From positions 2,048,001 to 2,112,000 of the forward strand of contig OY969807.1 in the NCBI GenBank assembly GCA_963703285.1: a DNA stretch of 64,000 bases, read 5' to 3'. The translations under genes were made by a program, and so were the position numbers. Below are positions 9,595-23,000 of the stretch, one piece after another. This DNA is from an uncultured Nitrososphaerota archaeon (lineage in GTDB: Archaea; Thermoproteota; Nitrososphaeria; Nitrososphaerales; Gagatemarchaeaceae). Every line of letters starts with the position of its first letter. Position 1 is the stretch's first letter. Below the pieces are notes generated by a model, which saw nothing but the letters and a program-made list of their open reading frames with translations, searched no databases and was not told where the DNA came from.

Positions 9595-10229
9595 CCATTT
9601 CAGGCCGCCATCTAGACGGGAAGAATCAAAGCTCCCCCAACTGGAACAGGGGACTCGAACAGAAGACTGAAGCAGGTGGTCTCCCTGGCCTCTAGACTCA
9701 TCTCTCAGTCTTCGGAGCCAGTCTTGGTATTTGGGAGTTCTTCCAATTGTCTTATCGACTGCGTCAAGTTTCACTCAATCTTCGACGCCCAGAACATTCC
9801 GAGCTGAAACAAAGGACGGTCGACGAAGTCCTCCCGCCGCAGAGGGGCTCCTTCCGCGCCCCAAAACTCATTTTACAGAGCTCCCAAATTTCCCAAGTTA
9901 TTGATACAAATGACTCGAAAAATTGCGTTGGCTACCCTCTTCTCCCCAATCCTATGAATATCCTTCATTTAGTAATTGCCTTTCTTGCAATTCCGGAATT
10001 CGCATAACATATGCTAGGTTGTTAAATACGTTTAATCTAACTCGTACGTGAGTTGGTGACTGCCTGAAGGGGTCCGATGGTGGAGAACCTCGCTTCAAGC
10101 CCGCTATCTTTGACTTCGATGGACCGCCAACCTCACCCGTTTCCTTCCTAGCACGGCTAGCATCAGGCCCGTCGGTCTGCGCCGCGCCCAACCTCAAGCG
10201 GGTCGAACTGGACGACGGGCAAGGACAGA

Positions 10230-13200
10230 TTGGTGAATAGAATGGATATCAAACCAGAAGCAACGGCCAACACGATAGTCCTCCCGGCTCCTAGCCAGGA
10301 GGTCCAGACGCTGCCCCCGAGGTTCATCGTCGGGCAGCTGCCGGTGACGCTCGTACAGAGCTGGGCGCCGGCGTGGTTCTATAGCGCGCTCAACTGGCTG
10401 GGCAAGTCGTACTACGACGCGAGCAACGTCCAGCAGAGCTTCAACGACTACATGGTAGGGTCGGACGTCGACCCCTACTCGAGCCTCGGCTCCACGCGCC
10501 TCTTCGTCATAACGAAGCTCCAAGAAATATTCCAGCTCACCCTGGCCTCGGACTCGAGCTCCAACGCGCCGCTCTCTGGCGGGACCACGTATCCGAACAC
10601 CGATGAAGGGATCCTGCAGATGTACCAGGCCCTCTCGGCGAGCCCGATCTTCTCCTCGGTGAACTACTGCTACGTCCCGGGCCGTCTCGCCGCCGACGTC
10701 AACCCCGACGCCTTCGCGACGTTCGCGGTCGCCGAGGGCCTCGAGAGCGGCTACGACACGGCCTCCGGGCTGAGGACCATCGTTCTCGGCTCTGCCGTCT
10801 CCCAGGTGGTCCCCCTCGACGACTTCCTCCAGACCCAGAACGAGCAGATCTACGACGACAGCCCCGTCATAGTGCCGCTCGTCACGGCCCTGGTCTACGA
10901 CTTGACCCAGTACAACACGGTGGGGGCTACGACCTTCCTCCTCCCCGTCTACTACACCCGCGACCAGGTCTCGCCGGCTACCTACTACGTCAGCCGGCTG
11001 GGGTCGACCACGACGGTGGCCGGCCAGACCGCTAACTGCGGCCAGACGGCGCTCTTTCCGGGCGGCGCCGGCTACAGCGGCGCGAGCGCGACCTCGCTGA
11101 CCGTGCAGACGACCTCGGTCGTCTCCTCGGGGGGAGAGACCTTCACCACCTACAACTTCGGGACGGCGACGGCTGTGACGACCTCGACCCTGAGCCCGAG
11201 CGTGGAGACGGGCGTGATGTCGCTGACCTACTCCGGTTCCTCGCCCTCCACCATCTTCGCCGCCCAGGGGATAATCGGCTTCTACCGCGATTCGTCCTGG
11301 ACCACGAGCCTCGGCGTGCCCATCTACGACTTCGGGGCGCAGAACTCGTCATTCACCGCCGCGACGCAGGCGCTCGTCACGCCCGCCACAGTCTACGACC
11401 CCACGAATCCCTTCCTCAACGGCGGGTCTCTGCCGAACGTCATCCACAAGCTGACCCAGGCAGCGTACGTCTACTCGACGGACGAGCTGGTCTCGATACT
11501 CGATACCGCCATCGCGGCGAAGGACACCGACAACGGCGCCGGGCTCAGCGTGACGACGGCCGCGCTCGAATTCGACATGAGCTCCAACCCCGCGGCTTCA
11601 GTCGTAGACCAGCTCACGGTGCCGGTGACCGTTACGGTAACTACGACTCCGACGCCAGTGAAGCTTCCGACATTCAACGCGACGACGGTGGCCGTCAATG
11701 AAGCGGGAATCAGCGCTGCGGCGGCCCAGCCCGCGACCGGCGTGGCGGTCCTGGCGCAGTCCCCCGCGAACGCGTCCGTCGCGCCAAAGACCATGGATGT
11801 GGCCGCGCCCGCAAAGTCAGCGGCGATGGCGGCCGCCCCGACGGCGACCATCAGCAAGACGCTGGCCACCGTCAACCTCTCGCAGTTAATCGGCTCCGGC
11901 GCAAGCGCCCCCGGCCAGAGCCAGCTCGGCCCGGTGACGGTCCAGGTCGGACTGAGCGCGTCCATCCCGCGCGAGGCGCTCAGCGGCACGGGCATCACGG
12001 GCATCGAGATAGGCACGGCGTTCCCCCAGCAGCCGCTCGGGGCCGGCGCGGCGTTCGAGGCGGTGACCGCGGGCATGGCTTTCAACCTGATGGACCGCCA
12101 CAGCGCGACCCCGTCTCTGGCTCCGGTCGACCTCGCGACCTCGACGGCCGGCTACGCGTTCGCCGACGGGGTGTACTACGTGCTCTCGCTCACAGGGGCG
12201 AACCTGACGGTCCGCGGTTCCGACGATTCGTCCGCCACCAGCGAACCCACCCTGCCGGGCTCCCCCGACCCCAGCCACACCTACGTCGGGGCGATGGTCT
12301 ACTCCTCATCCACGGCGTCCGTCACCCTCTACCCCCTGCTGCAGCTCACGCTGCCGGCACCGAGCGTGGGCTCTCACGGCGTCCTCCAGGGCGGGATCTA
12401 CAGCGTCCGCCTGACCTTCGGTGACGCGAACAGCCAGTACGACGTCGTCGACTCGACGCAGACGGTCCTTGACTCCAACGTCACCGTCCCCAACCCCAAG
12501 CCCGCCGATGGCTCGAACCCGCAGTCGGGCGACCTCTACTTCGGCAGCTTCATGGGCGGGGCGAGCGTGATGACCGTCTGGTCGGTCCCCGTCTTCCTCG
12601 CCGTGGAACCGTCGCAGCTGCCGGGCGCCAGCTACAACGGGACCATGACACTGGACGCCCTGACGAGCGGCCTCCCCGGCTACCAGCTTCAGATCACCGA
12701 CAGCTCGCTCTTCGTCTACTCGAACATCAACGTCGACACCGACGCCATCGGCTCGGTCAGCGCCAAGAACGTCTACCTTGCGAGCGCTGTAATCAACTCC
12801 TCCCCCGACGACCTCTCCCCGGAGGCCTTCGCGCCCTCCAAGCTCGTGATGGGGCTAGTCCGCCAGGCCCAGATGGGGACGGTCCTCAAGTACGTCTTCG
12901 TGCCCGAGGACGACAGCGTCGTCATCGGCGGGACGCGCTACATGCTGAGCGTCATCAACCTGGGGGACGTCGACGGCGACCCCAACTCCCGACCCTATCC
13001 CCCCGTCTACTGGCCCCAGATGCAGTACTGGCAGTTCGCCAACCGCCACGACCCGTACCTCGCCGTCGAGTACACCGGAGCGACCGAGCAGGACCGCATC
13101 AGCCAGGCTCAGTCCGACACGGTCCGGATCGGCCTTCAGACGTCCCAGGCGCAGGAGCCGATGCAGATGTACCTGGACACCGCCGGGATGACGGTCTGGC

Positions 13201-16200
13201 CGATCTACCCGTTTCCCTACGCGACGTCCACGCAGAGCGTCGACCAGGGGAAGCTAAACGTCATCACGAGCACCATCCGGCAGATCCTCGCAACGACCTT
13301 TCCTACGACGGCCCCGTTCGCCGCTGGCCCCCTGGACGCGGAGCAGATCACCCTTCCCGCCTCGCTGCAGCAGAACAACCCGTTCACCGCCGGGACGGCG
13401 GCCACGACGAACCCGAACCCCTCCGCCAGCGACGCCATCACCCAGCTGGTGTCGGAGCCCTCCACCACCGGCCTTGAGGTGATGAACCTCAGCCCCGACC
13501 TCGTCGCCAACACGTCCGTCACGGACATCGGCGCGCGGCAGAGCCTCCAAGACCTGCAGTCCCAGCAGACGGACGCCAGCCTGTCCAGCGGCAAGAGCCT
13601 CGCCCCCCAGGTCGACGTCGTGCAGGTTCGCTCCACCACCGCGGCTGCGACGACGGCCGCCGTAGCGTTCGGCCGCCAGTTCCAGCCCATCTTCGGGTTC
13701 TCCGTCTACAACCCCGGCACCGGCGAGGCCTACATCGTCGAGGTGGTCGACGCGGACCTGGACATCCCGGACCAGCTCCCCGACCCCACCAAGAACGTGA
13801 CCTACGACCCCTACTACGTCCGCGTGGTCTTCCTCAGCAACCTTACCTGCTACAACATGTCGATAATCGTCCCGTCGTTGGTCCGCGACCAGTACCAGTA
13901 CTTCGCCCATCAGGGGACCTCGTACCAGAACCTGCTCAGCAAGACGAACGAGCTCGACATCGGATACGTCTACTCCCTCTACGACAACAGCAACAACTTC
14001 GACAGCCTGAACTTCAGCCCCTATCCCGCCACCACACAGCTCTCGTCGCTCAGCCCGTCGGAGACCTACCTCTACACCAACTTCCCATACTCCACCAAGC
14101 AGACCACTCTCTTCAGCCCGACGTCCCTCTTCGCGAGCTACTCGACCTTCGTGGAGCCGGTCGCGACAGGGGAGACCGCGACAATGGACGAGAGGTTGGA
14201 GGTTGAGAAGTCCGTGGCGTTCGACGCCTCCAAGATCTCCTTCATCCGATTCGCATCGCCCCCTGCGTACTTCGTCTGCAGGCGCGAGAACTGGAACGCG
14301 GACTGCCACCTGATGCAGGCCACGAATCCCGAGGGAACTTCGATCTACCTGGCGTTCGGAGGCGGAGACCTCGTGCCCTTCAGGCTGGACGACACCGTCA
14401 CGGTCGACAAGCGCCAGCCCGCGCACATGTACGAGTTCACCTACACCTTCGCCGACCAGCAGTACGACTCGGCGCAGACGATCTCGGTGGCAAACACGCC
14501 CTACGTCGTCGCCGTCGCTACCAACAACGGTGTCACATCGTACACCAACTTCTCGATCAACTCCACTTCGGGCACGGCCGACATCCAGATAGGCGGCAAC
14601 GCGACGCTGCAGTTCCCCACGCAGGTCTACATCGTCGGCGAGGCGAGCACCACGCTGACCTCGATTTCAGATATCAACCTCGCACTGGGCACCGGATTCA
14701 CCGACACCGGGGACTTCCTGAACCAGGACGCGCAGGGGAACCTGACGAATCAGGAATTCCAGGTACTCACCTACAACAACCTCGTCTACCTGATTCGGGC
14801 GGTCTCCAACGTCAAAGCGCTCGCCGCGGTAGGCGAGATCAAGATTGACAAGAAAGGCAAACGCGTGGTCGTGGCCGAAGGCGCGGTCTCGGGACTCCTG
14901 ATCGACACCTACGTCCCCGCGACGACGGGCAACCTCGCCCTGGCGCAGGGCGCGCGCTACCAGCGCAGCGGGCTGCAGTTCTTCGGGGCTTCCTACACGC
15001 CCACGACGATGCAGGACAGCCTCGACACGCTCAACTTCACCAGCATCACGGGTGGCACGTTCTACGCGCCGACTATCTTCATCCCCATCCCCGAGCTCGA
15101 CAGCACCAAGGGCTTCGTCGCCAACCTCTCCGACTACCTCGGGCAGCAGATCTGGACGTTCATCTATCCCGAGATCGTGGCGCAGCCAGACACCACGGTC
15201 AACGGCGTCAAGTATCCGAATGGCTACAACCTGGACGGCGACGGGAAACCGATACTCAGCCTTCAGAAGCTCCACTTCGTCTACGACCCCATAGCCGTCA
15301 TGTTCACCACCAACGACCTGGCGCACAAGTACCCTCTGCTCCCCAAGGTGCAGATCCTCGCCCTGACCAACGGACAGATTCAGGAGGGCATCTGCTGGCG
15401 CACCGCCAACGTCCAGCCCCAGCGCCTTCCCCCGGCGAACATCCTCGCCCAGCAGATCCTCACGGAGGGCCTAGTGATGGACGCGACCAACATCGTCTAC
15501 TCCTCCCACAACCGCTCCGTCATCACCGCGGCCGGCCCCGGCTACATGGGCATGTCAGTCAACAGCTTCGTCTCCGTCTCAGGGGTCGTCTACAACATCG
15601 AGGAGGGTGCCCTCTCCGAGTCGACCGACCAGACCGATCAGGGCCTCATATCGGCCGTCGCCTCCGTCTCGAACATGCTCGTCTCAGTGCTCTTCGACTA
15701 CGACAACAACGACCTCGGCACCCTGACCGACTACGACGAGCGCCTTTCGACGAAGGGCGTCGTCTTCCTCAACGGTTACCTGAGCGCCACGGGCTACAGC
15801 TTCTCGAGCCCCGACCACTTCGACGTCAACGACGTCCTCCCGTCCCAGGTCCCGCTGCTCGAGGAGGTCGCCGACATCTTCGGCTGGGACGTGGCCTTCT
15901 ACAACATGGACGCCAGCCTGCCTCGTCAGTTCTGGAGCCTGACCTACGACACCTTCACTGCGCCGGGGCTGCCGAACTACACCCCCAACGTCCCGCCACC
16001 GCCCGTGGACCCGACCTTCTTCAACCGCACCCGTTCGCTCGTCCTCAGCCTGCAGAACCCTGTCCGTCCCACCCAGCTCGGTCTAATGGACACCTACAAC
16101 TCCGTCGTCTCGGCCAACCTCCACCTTGAGAACGGCGTCACCGGCTCCATCTTCCTCAGCAAGAAGGCGGACCGCGACATCGCCTCGATTGGGTCCAACG

Positions 16201-17085
16201 CGACCGAGCAGGGGGCCAACCAGGTCTACGGACTCCCGACGAAATACGACTTCTTCATCTTCTCCAAGGACCACTACTGGACCCTGAAGGGCGCCTACTT
16301 CGAGCTCGTCGACAACGGCTACGCGATGTGCCTGGTGGACGACGGCTCGGGGACGGGGACCAAGGTGGCCAAGTACTACATCGACCAGGACGGCAACTAC
16401 AATGAGCTGCTCAGCTACGTAATTTATACGCCGAACGGGGGCATCATCGAGTCCTCAACCTTCGCGGTCAAGGTGACGCTTGGCGCGCCGGCCAACCCGG
16501 GCGCGACCCCGGCGATCCCAGAGACGCCAAACAACGTCAACCCCCAGGACGTCGTGGCGCAGATAAATAAGGTCTCGAACCTGGTCTACGCCGCGTTCGG
16601 GCCCTCCTCCCCGGGACAGCCGCCGGCGTACATCCCCATCCAGGCCGTCGGCGGCGAGGTGCAGGCCACCCCGATCCTCGGTCCGCCGGGCTTCAACGGG
16701 TACGCGCTGAACGTACTAGGCGCGAACAGCCAGCCGGTCCAGATCTCGCAGATATTCTCCGCCAACGTCGCCTACAACATCGCCGGTCCGACGACCATCG
16801 TCCCCTACAGCCAGAAGAGCGAAAAGGCGGTGCCGTTCTACGGCTCAATCTCGCACGGGCTGGACAAGATGGTCCCCGTCGCAGTCCTCAGGTCGGCGGA
16901 CCTGACCTCGTACATACCGGCTACGACAGTCCCAGCAGGGCCCACAACGGGATTGTACGGGGGGAATGGGCTTGGCGGACTCATCGGAACGCCCTTCAGC
17001 TTTGCATTCCAGGGGTCCGGAGCAATCCCGCCCGCCATCGCCAGCAACCCGACCCCGGGGACGACGATGAAGGCGGACAGCCAGA
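10230..17085 (+). CDS. Giant beta-rich protein, N-terminal part (coding signal ends at the frameshift)
   Basis: C/G third-position bias and S/T/Y/N-rich sequence up to ...TTMKADSQ; afterwards the frame becomes R/H/G-rich shadow; start TTG 10230 or ATG 10242. Confidence 0.85.
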
Positions 17086-20000
17086 ATCTTCTACACATTC
17101 AACGCCGTGAGCGCCACGGTCATGGACTCCACGGGCAAGTCGGCGAGCGCCAGCGGCGGCCAGTACTTCGTCGACACGACGGACCCGGCGAACCCCATCT
17201 ACGGTGTCGTCACCCTCCCCAAGTTCCTCTTCAACGGGAACACTTACACGGTCAACCTGAGCACAACGCTCTCCGACGGCGTGACCTCCAAGTACACGCT
17301 GGTCGTCGGTGGGCAGAGCTTCCCCTTCAGCTCCGGCAACCAGGTCACGGCCGACAAGACGACGTTCACCTTCAACAAGGCCGTCGGACAGATCTACACC
17401 GTCACCTACGCGGCGGTCGACGCACCCGCCGGGAGCGAGGCTCCAACGCCGATCACCTTGACACCCTTCTCCATAGCCGCGGGCGGCCTCCCCATCGCGA
17501 TCATCGACGTCTTCAACAACCCGGGAGGGCTGAAGGACATCCTCCTCGGCGTGATAGGACGGCTGTACACCTACGACCCGATCAACGCCCTCGTCACCGT
17601 CAGCGAAGGGGCCACCACGACGGTTGTCCCCCTCATGACGGGAATAACGGTCACATCGAACAGCGGCTACGGCTACGTGATCAGCATCAACGACAACGTC
17701 TACACCGTCAACGACGGCCCAACCTATCCGTACCCCGCCTCCACGATCGGCACGCCGGCCGCTTACCCCCTGATGACGGCGCCGCAGATGTTCACGATGG
17801 GCGGGAACTTCTACACCTTCGACCAGAGCGGCGGGAACTACGTCAGCGTCACGGGCAACGGCCAGACCTACCCCGTCAACCTCTACCAGTTCTCGATCAA
17901 CGGCGAGGTATACATCATCAACACCAACGTCCAGCCAAACACCGTCGTGGGCGGAGGGAACGTCTACACGATGGAGGCGTCCAACACCCAGTTCGAACTC
18001 AACGGGGTGCAGTACACCATCATCATGAAGACCTCGCTCAGCGGTGCGACGGTCTCCGGGCAGTTCAACATCTCTCAGGGGAATGTCGTCGTAATCGAGG
18101 ACTACGTCTACCAACTCGACACGCTCAACGGGCAGATCGTAGGGAACGGCACGACGTACCCACTGACCACCTCGGGGTTCACGTACACGATCACGACCTC
18201 GAACAACAGCTTCACCGTGACAACCGAGCCGAACGCGGCGACGGTCACGATAGGGGGCGTGGTCTATCTAATCAACAACACCACGGTGGTCGCCGACGGC
18301 ATCACCTACCCCATCCTCGTGTACAGGAGCTTCGTCGACGGCGGGACGACGTTCGACATCGGGCTGGAAGGCACGGTCTCCGTCCCTCCGCCGCTCTCGC
18401 TGACGGGGTCCGCGCCCTACACCGGGGCGACCTTCACCGACGGTTCCGAGACCTACACAGTGAACGAGTCGGCCGCCTTCGACGGCACGTCCTACTACCT
18501 GATGACCGGGACGCCGCCCCAGTTCGCCACGGCCGGCCTGACCTACACGGTCCGGACCGACGGCGTCTCCATCGCCGCAGGGCCTGCGCCGACGTTCATC
18601 GTCGACGCGACCGGGCCGCTATCTCCCAACCAGTTCACCTTCGGGGCTGAGACGATCTACTTCGGGCGGACCACCGACGTGGCCGCGTTCGACGGGACGA
18701 ACTTCTTCGCCATCGCGGAAAACGAGTTCACCGACACCAACACCGGACTCACCTACAGCATCAGCGGGAACACCGCGGTCAACCAGGGCAACAGCTATGA
18801 GATCTACAGCAACCTGGGCCAGAGTCCGTACTTCGAGGTGCCGGGCGGCCCCACCTACTACGTCAACGTCGCCGTCGCGGATTCGGGCACGGCGACGGGG
18901 AACATCTACAGCGTCTTCCCCATCAACGGCGGGGTCTTCACCATCCCGCTCGTCTACACCATCACGGTCTCGGGCAGCACCGTGACGGTGAGCGCGTCGA
19001 CCTTCACGGGCGGCCCGACCGCGACGTCCACCCTGACCGCGGCCGCCGGGTCGCTTACCGGCGGATACTTCACCGACCCGGTCACGAAGATCACCTACAC
19101 CTGCGTCGTCGACGCCGGCGTCGTTACCTTCGTGGACTCGAACAACGCGGTCTATCCCTACCCAGCGCCCAGCACGACGAACACATTCGTGGCCTCCGTG
19201 GTCGTCACCACCGCGGTCACCCTGGCCGTCGACAGCGAGGCGACGCCCGATGTCTACCCGGTCCTCAGCAACCAGTTCATCGTCGGGACGACGACCTACG
19301 CGGTCAACGTGTCGGTCGCGTACGAGAACGCCTCGGGGCCCTACTTCCCGATGGTCAACGGCCAGTTCATCGTGCCGAGCACCCCTCCCGTCTCGAACCT
19401 GGCATACGCGGTGCAGGGCGGGTCGGTCACCAAGGGGTATGTGATTTCGGCGGACGACGAGTTCTCCGCCGACGGGAACGTCGTCTACACGGTCAACGAC
19501 GTCAACGTCGTCAGGGCGTCGAACCAGGCCACGCTCACCGGCACAGCCCCGAACCAGACCCTCACATATGGATCGTTCACCTACACGCTCGACACCACGA
19601 CCTCGCTAGCGGCACTGGAGCCCGCGGGGCTCACCTACGACACGAGCACCAGCCAGTTCACCGTGTCCTACAACGGCGTCTCCGTGACCTACACGGTCGG
19701 ATCCCAGACCGTCACAGACAACCGTCATCCTGCGGACACCTTCCCGTCGACCGTCTCTGGAAGTCAGGTCACGTTCACCGACACGGTCAGCGGCATCACC
19801 TTCTCCTTCGACGACAGCGGGGACAACCAGATCAGCGTCGGGTTCCCCTACACCAACCAGTTCTTCGTGGACCTCCTCAACGGCATCACATACTATGTCG
19901 ACGGGACCACCAGCACCGTCGAGGCCATCTCCTACGTCCCGGAGACCACGCAGTACGGCTTCGTAGCCGCCAACGGCCAGACCTACCTGATCCACTACAA

Positions 20001-23000
20001 CGACGTGGGCGTCGTCTTCCCCGTCATCTCGGGGGCCAACGTCAACGCCGGCATCGCCACCGTCGGCTCGGACACCTTCACGGTCAACATCGACCAGGTC
20101 CAGCCGTCGTCGGGTGCCGCTGGCATCCCCGTCAACCTCAACTCCTTCGAGATCAACGGCAACCTCTACACCATCACGGGGACGCCGACCGGGACGGACT
20201 ACTCGGCGTGCAAGGTCGTCGGGGACGCGATCACGCCCAAGAACTTCACCTCGGCGAACACGTTCGTCCTCACCGACCCGACGGTCACCTACACGCTGCA
20301 GCTCAACTCGGCGAACCTCCCCGCGGCGGTGGTCGCAACCTTCGCTGTCAGGCCTAGCCAAGACCTGATTGTCGTCAACGACGACGTCTACGTCGTCACC
20401 TACAACACGACGACCACCGGGTCGCTCCTGGGCCAGGGCCAGGCATCGATCGCTATCACCAACTCGAGCTTCACCCTGACCAACCCCTTCGACTCGACGA
20501 AGGCGAAGTTCGTCTTCGACGACCTCGACATCTACGACGCCGGCTCGGTGGTCGGGCAGTTCGCCGTCTACCAGATGCCCACGTTCTTCATCGGCAACGC
20601 CACCTACACGCTGAACCCTGTCGACCTGCTGGTGACGGACAACAACGACCGGCCGTACCCGTTGCTCCCGAGCCCGATGATGTTCAGCATAAACGGCTTC
20701 AACTACGTCATCGACACGAACCGCACGCCGCACGCAATCGTCGGCAACGGCAACGTCTCTCCTCTCTCGACGGACGTCACGGTCCAAAACGGGCTGCCGG
20801 TACCCAACTCCACTTTCACGCTCAACGGCCTCGTCTACGCCTACGTCGAGGACACTACGCACAACCTCCTCGCGGTAACGGGGACGAAGAGCTACATGAT
20901 TGCCCAGCCGGCGCTGACCTTCAAACTGGATTCCAGCCTCGTGTTCACCATAAGCACGACGCCTCCGGCCGCTGGGAACTACGTAGGGACCATGGCCCCG
21001 ATCGGGACAATCACCGCCGCGGGCCCGCTGACCCTCAACCTCTACGCTGGGACGCCGGAGTCGGGGAACGCCGACTTCTTCACCTACAAGAACGTGCTAT
21101 ACACACTGGTAGAGTCCGAGGGCGTCTACATCGCCGTGCAGAAGACCTACACGGTCTACGCGTCCACGCCGACCGCCACCCAGCAGCAACTCGCGGTCTT
21201 CGACCTCGCCGGCACAACGTACATGGTGACCGACGGGACGACAGCGGGCACAGCGACCCCAGCTGGGATAAACCCCGGGACCCTGTGGGCGGCCACGTCA
21301 ATCTCGGCGACCCCCCCCGAGACGCAGTTCGGCCTCGTCTACGGGTTCACAGCCCAGCCCATAAGCGTCTCGCAGTCCGCCACCACCCAGGTCTTCCAGT
21401 TCGTGGTTAGCACCACCGTCAGCAGCATCAGTACCACCACCAGCAGCGGCAGCACCAGCACCGGCAGCACCAGCACCACCACGGTCAACACGCTCTACGA
21501 CATCGTCTACACGCCCGGAAGCAACGCGAACGTGGTCAAAGTCGACGTCCCCGACTTCCTACCGACCTTCACCCAGAGCTGGCCATTCAACTTCCTCACA
21601 TCCTATCCGCTGACGTTCGAGACGGGAGGGTACAACGCGTTCACGACCTTCGTCTCCGAGACGTCGACCCCCAGCGAGAGCTTCGCGGGGGCCTACAGGA
21701 CTCCGGTGATCTCCACCGACGGCGCGGTCGACTCCATGCTGGGCACCGAGGGCGACTTCAGCCTGGAGTTCTGGCACTCTCTCCCGCTGACGGCGGTCAA
21801 CGACTACCACCCGTTCACCTACTATGCTAGTAACCAGAACCCCCTCGTCTACTACGTGGACGTAGACTTCTTCAACGGCTACAACATCTTCGTCCGGATC
21901 AACAACACGGTCATGCAGGCCGTGACCACGCCCCCCGTCTTCACATCCCGATGGCGCCACTTCGCCCTCACCTACTCCCAGCCCTACGTGATGCTCTGCC
22001 TGGGGGCGGGCTTCGAGGTCAAGGACGGGACGAACTACAACTTCAACCGCAACTTCAGCATCGCCATGACCTTCAGCGTCACAGACGTGAACACGCAGCA
22101 GGGACTCCTCTACAAGGGCACCGCGTCCTCCATCACCTCGCCCGAGCTCAGCTTCTCGTACCAGGTCGGCGTCTCGGGGGGTAACGTGACCTTCCAGCTG
22201 ACGGACACTTCGCTGACGGACGGTCAGCCTACCCCAAGTACCATCTTCCAGGGACCATCGATCAAGGCCAAGACCTTCTACCAGGTGATCATCGTCAAGC
22301 AGACGACGACCACATCGGGCAGCACCAACTCCGACGGTACGACGGACCCCTACGGGCAGCCCTTCGACGTCAGCGAGCTGACACCAGCTACGACGGGTGG
22401 GACGAGCGCGACCATGACGGCACCGCCGACCTCGGGCAAGGCGCCCGTCACGTTCTCCGATGTCAAGGGCACCGGAAAGACACCGAAGCTGGACTCGCTC
22501 ATGACGGCGATCGGGGCGGCCCAGACCGGGCAGAGCTACTCGGTCTCCATCTCGGTCCGCACCGTCAACGACGACGGCGGCTTCGGCCAGTGGACGACCG
22601 TCAATCTGACGCAAGCCGTGACCAGCGACGCCGGGCTCGCGGTGAACAACACAGGATCCGCGGCCCTGTTGATAGGTCAGGCCTATGACACCTCGGGAAT
22701 CTTCTGGCCCATGGGTTCATCGGATGGCCTTGTGGGGAACATCCAGAACGTCTACCTGTTCAACGGTGCGATCAACCCTCAGGGTATCAACACAGCCGCC
22801 GGGCTGGTCGATATCTCGAGCGCGACCTCGAACGATCTCATCAAAGCCGGCCTCGTCGGCTACTGGCCCGCGCAGTACGACCCGAACGGCGTAGTGAACA
22901 ACACCGTCGACCCGGACGGCGTCGCCGTCTCCAGTAACATGTTCCTCGCCAAGCTCGCCCCGCTCAAGGGCCAGGAGCTCCAGGCGACGAGCCTGTACAT

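Noticed and set aside
9901-9910. TTGATACAAA shared with 45833-45842 as a common operator
   Set aside because: A single 10-mer match is expected by chance in 64 kb
9600-10010. Low-GC segment with short ORFs
   Set aside because: No recognisable product; at most a decayed gene fragment or intergenic DNA
17060-17095. Programmed ribosomal frameshift site
   Set aside because: No slippery heptamer, homopolymer or shift-prone stop is visible; a simple indel is more parsimonious
17086-18650. C-terminal ~520 aa of the 2806-aa ORF
   Set aside because: R/H/G/P-rich off-frame shadow of the true +1 frame
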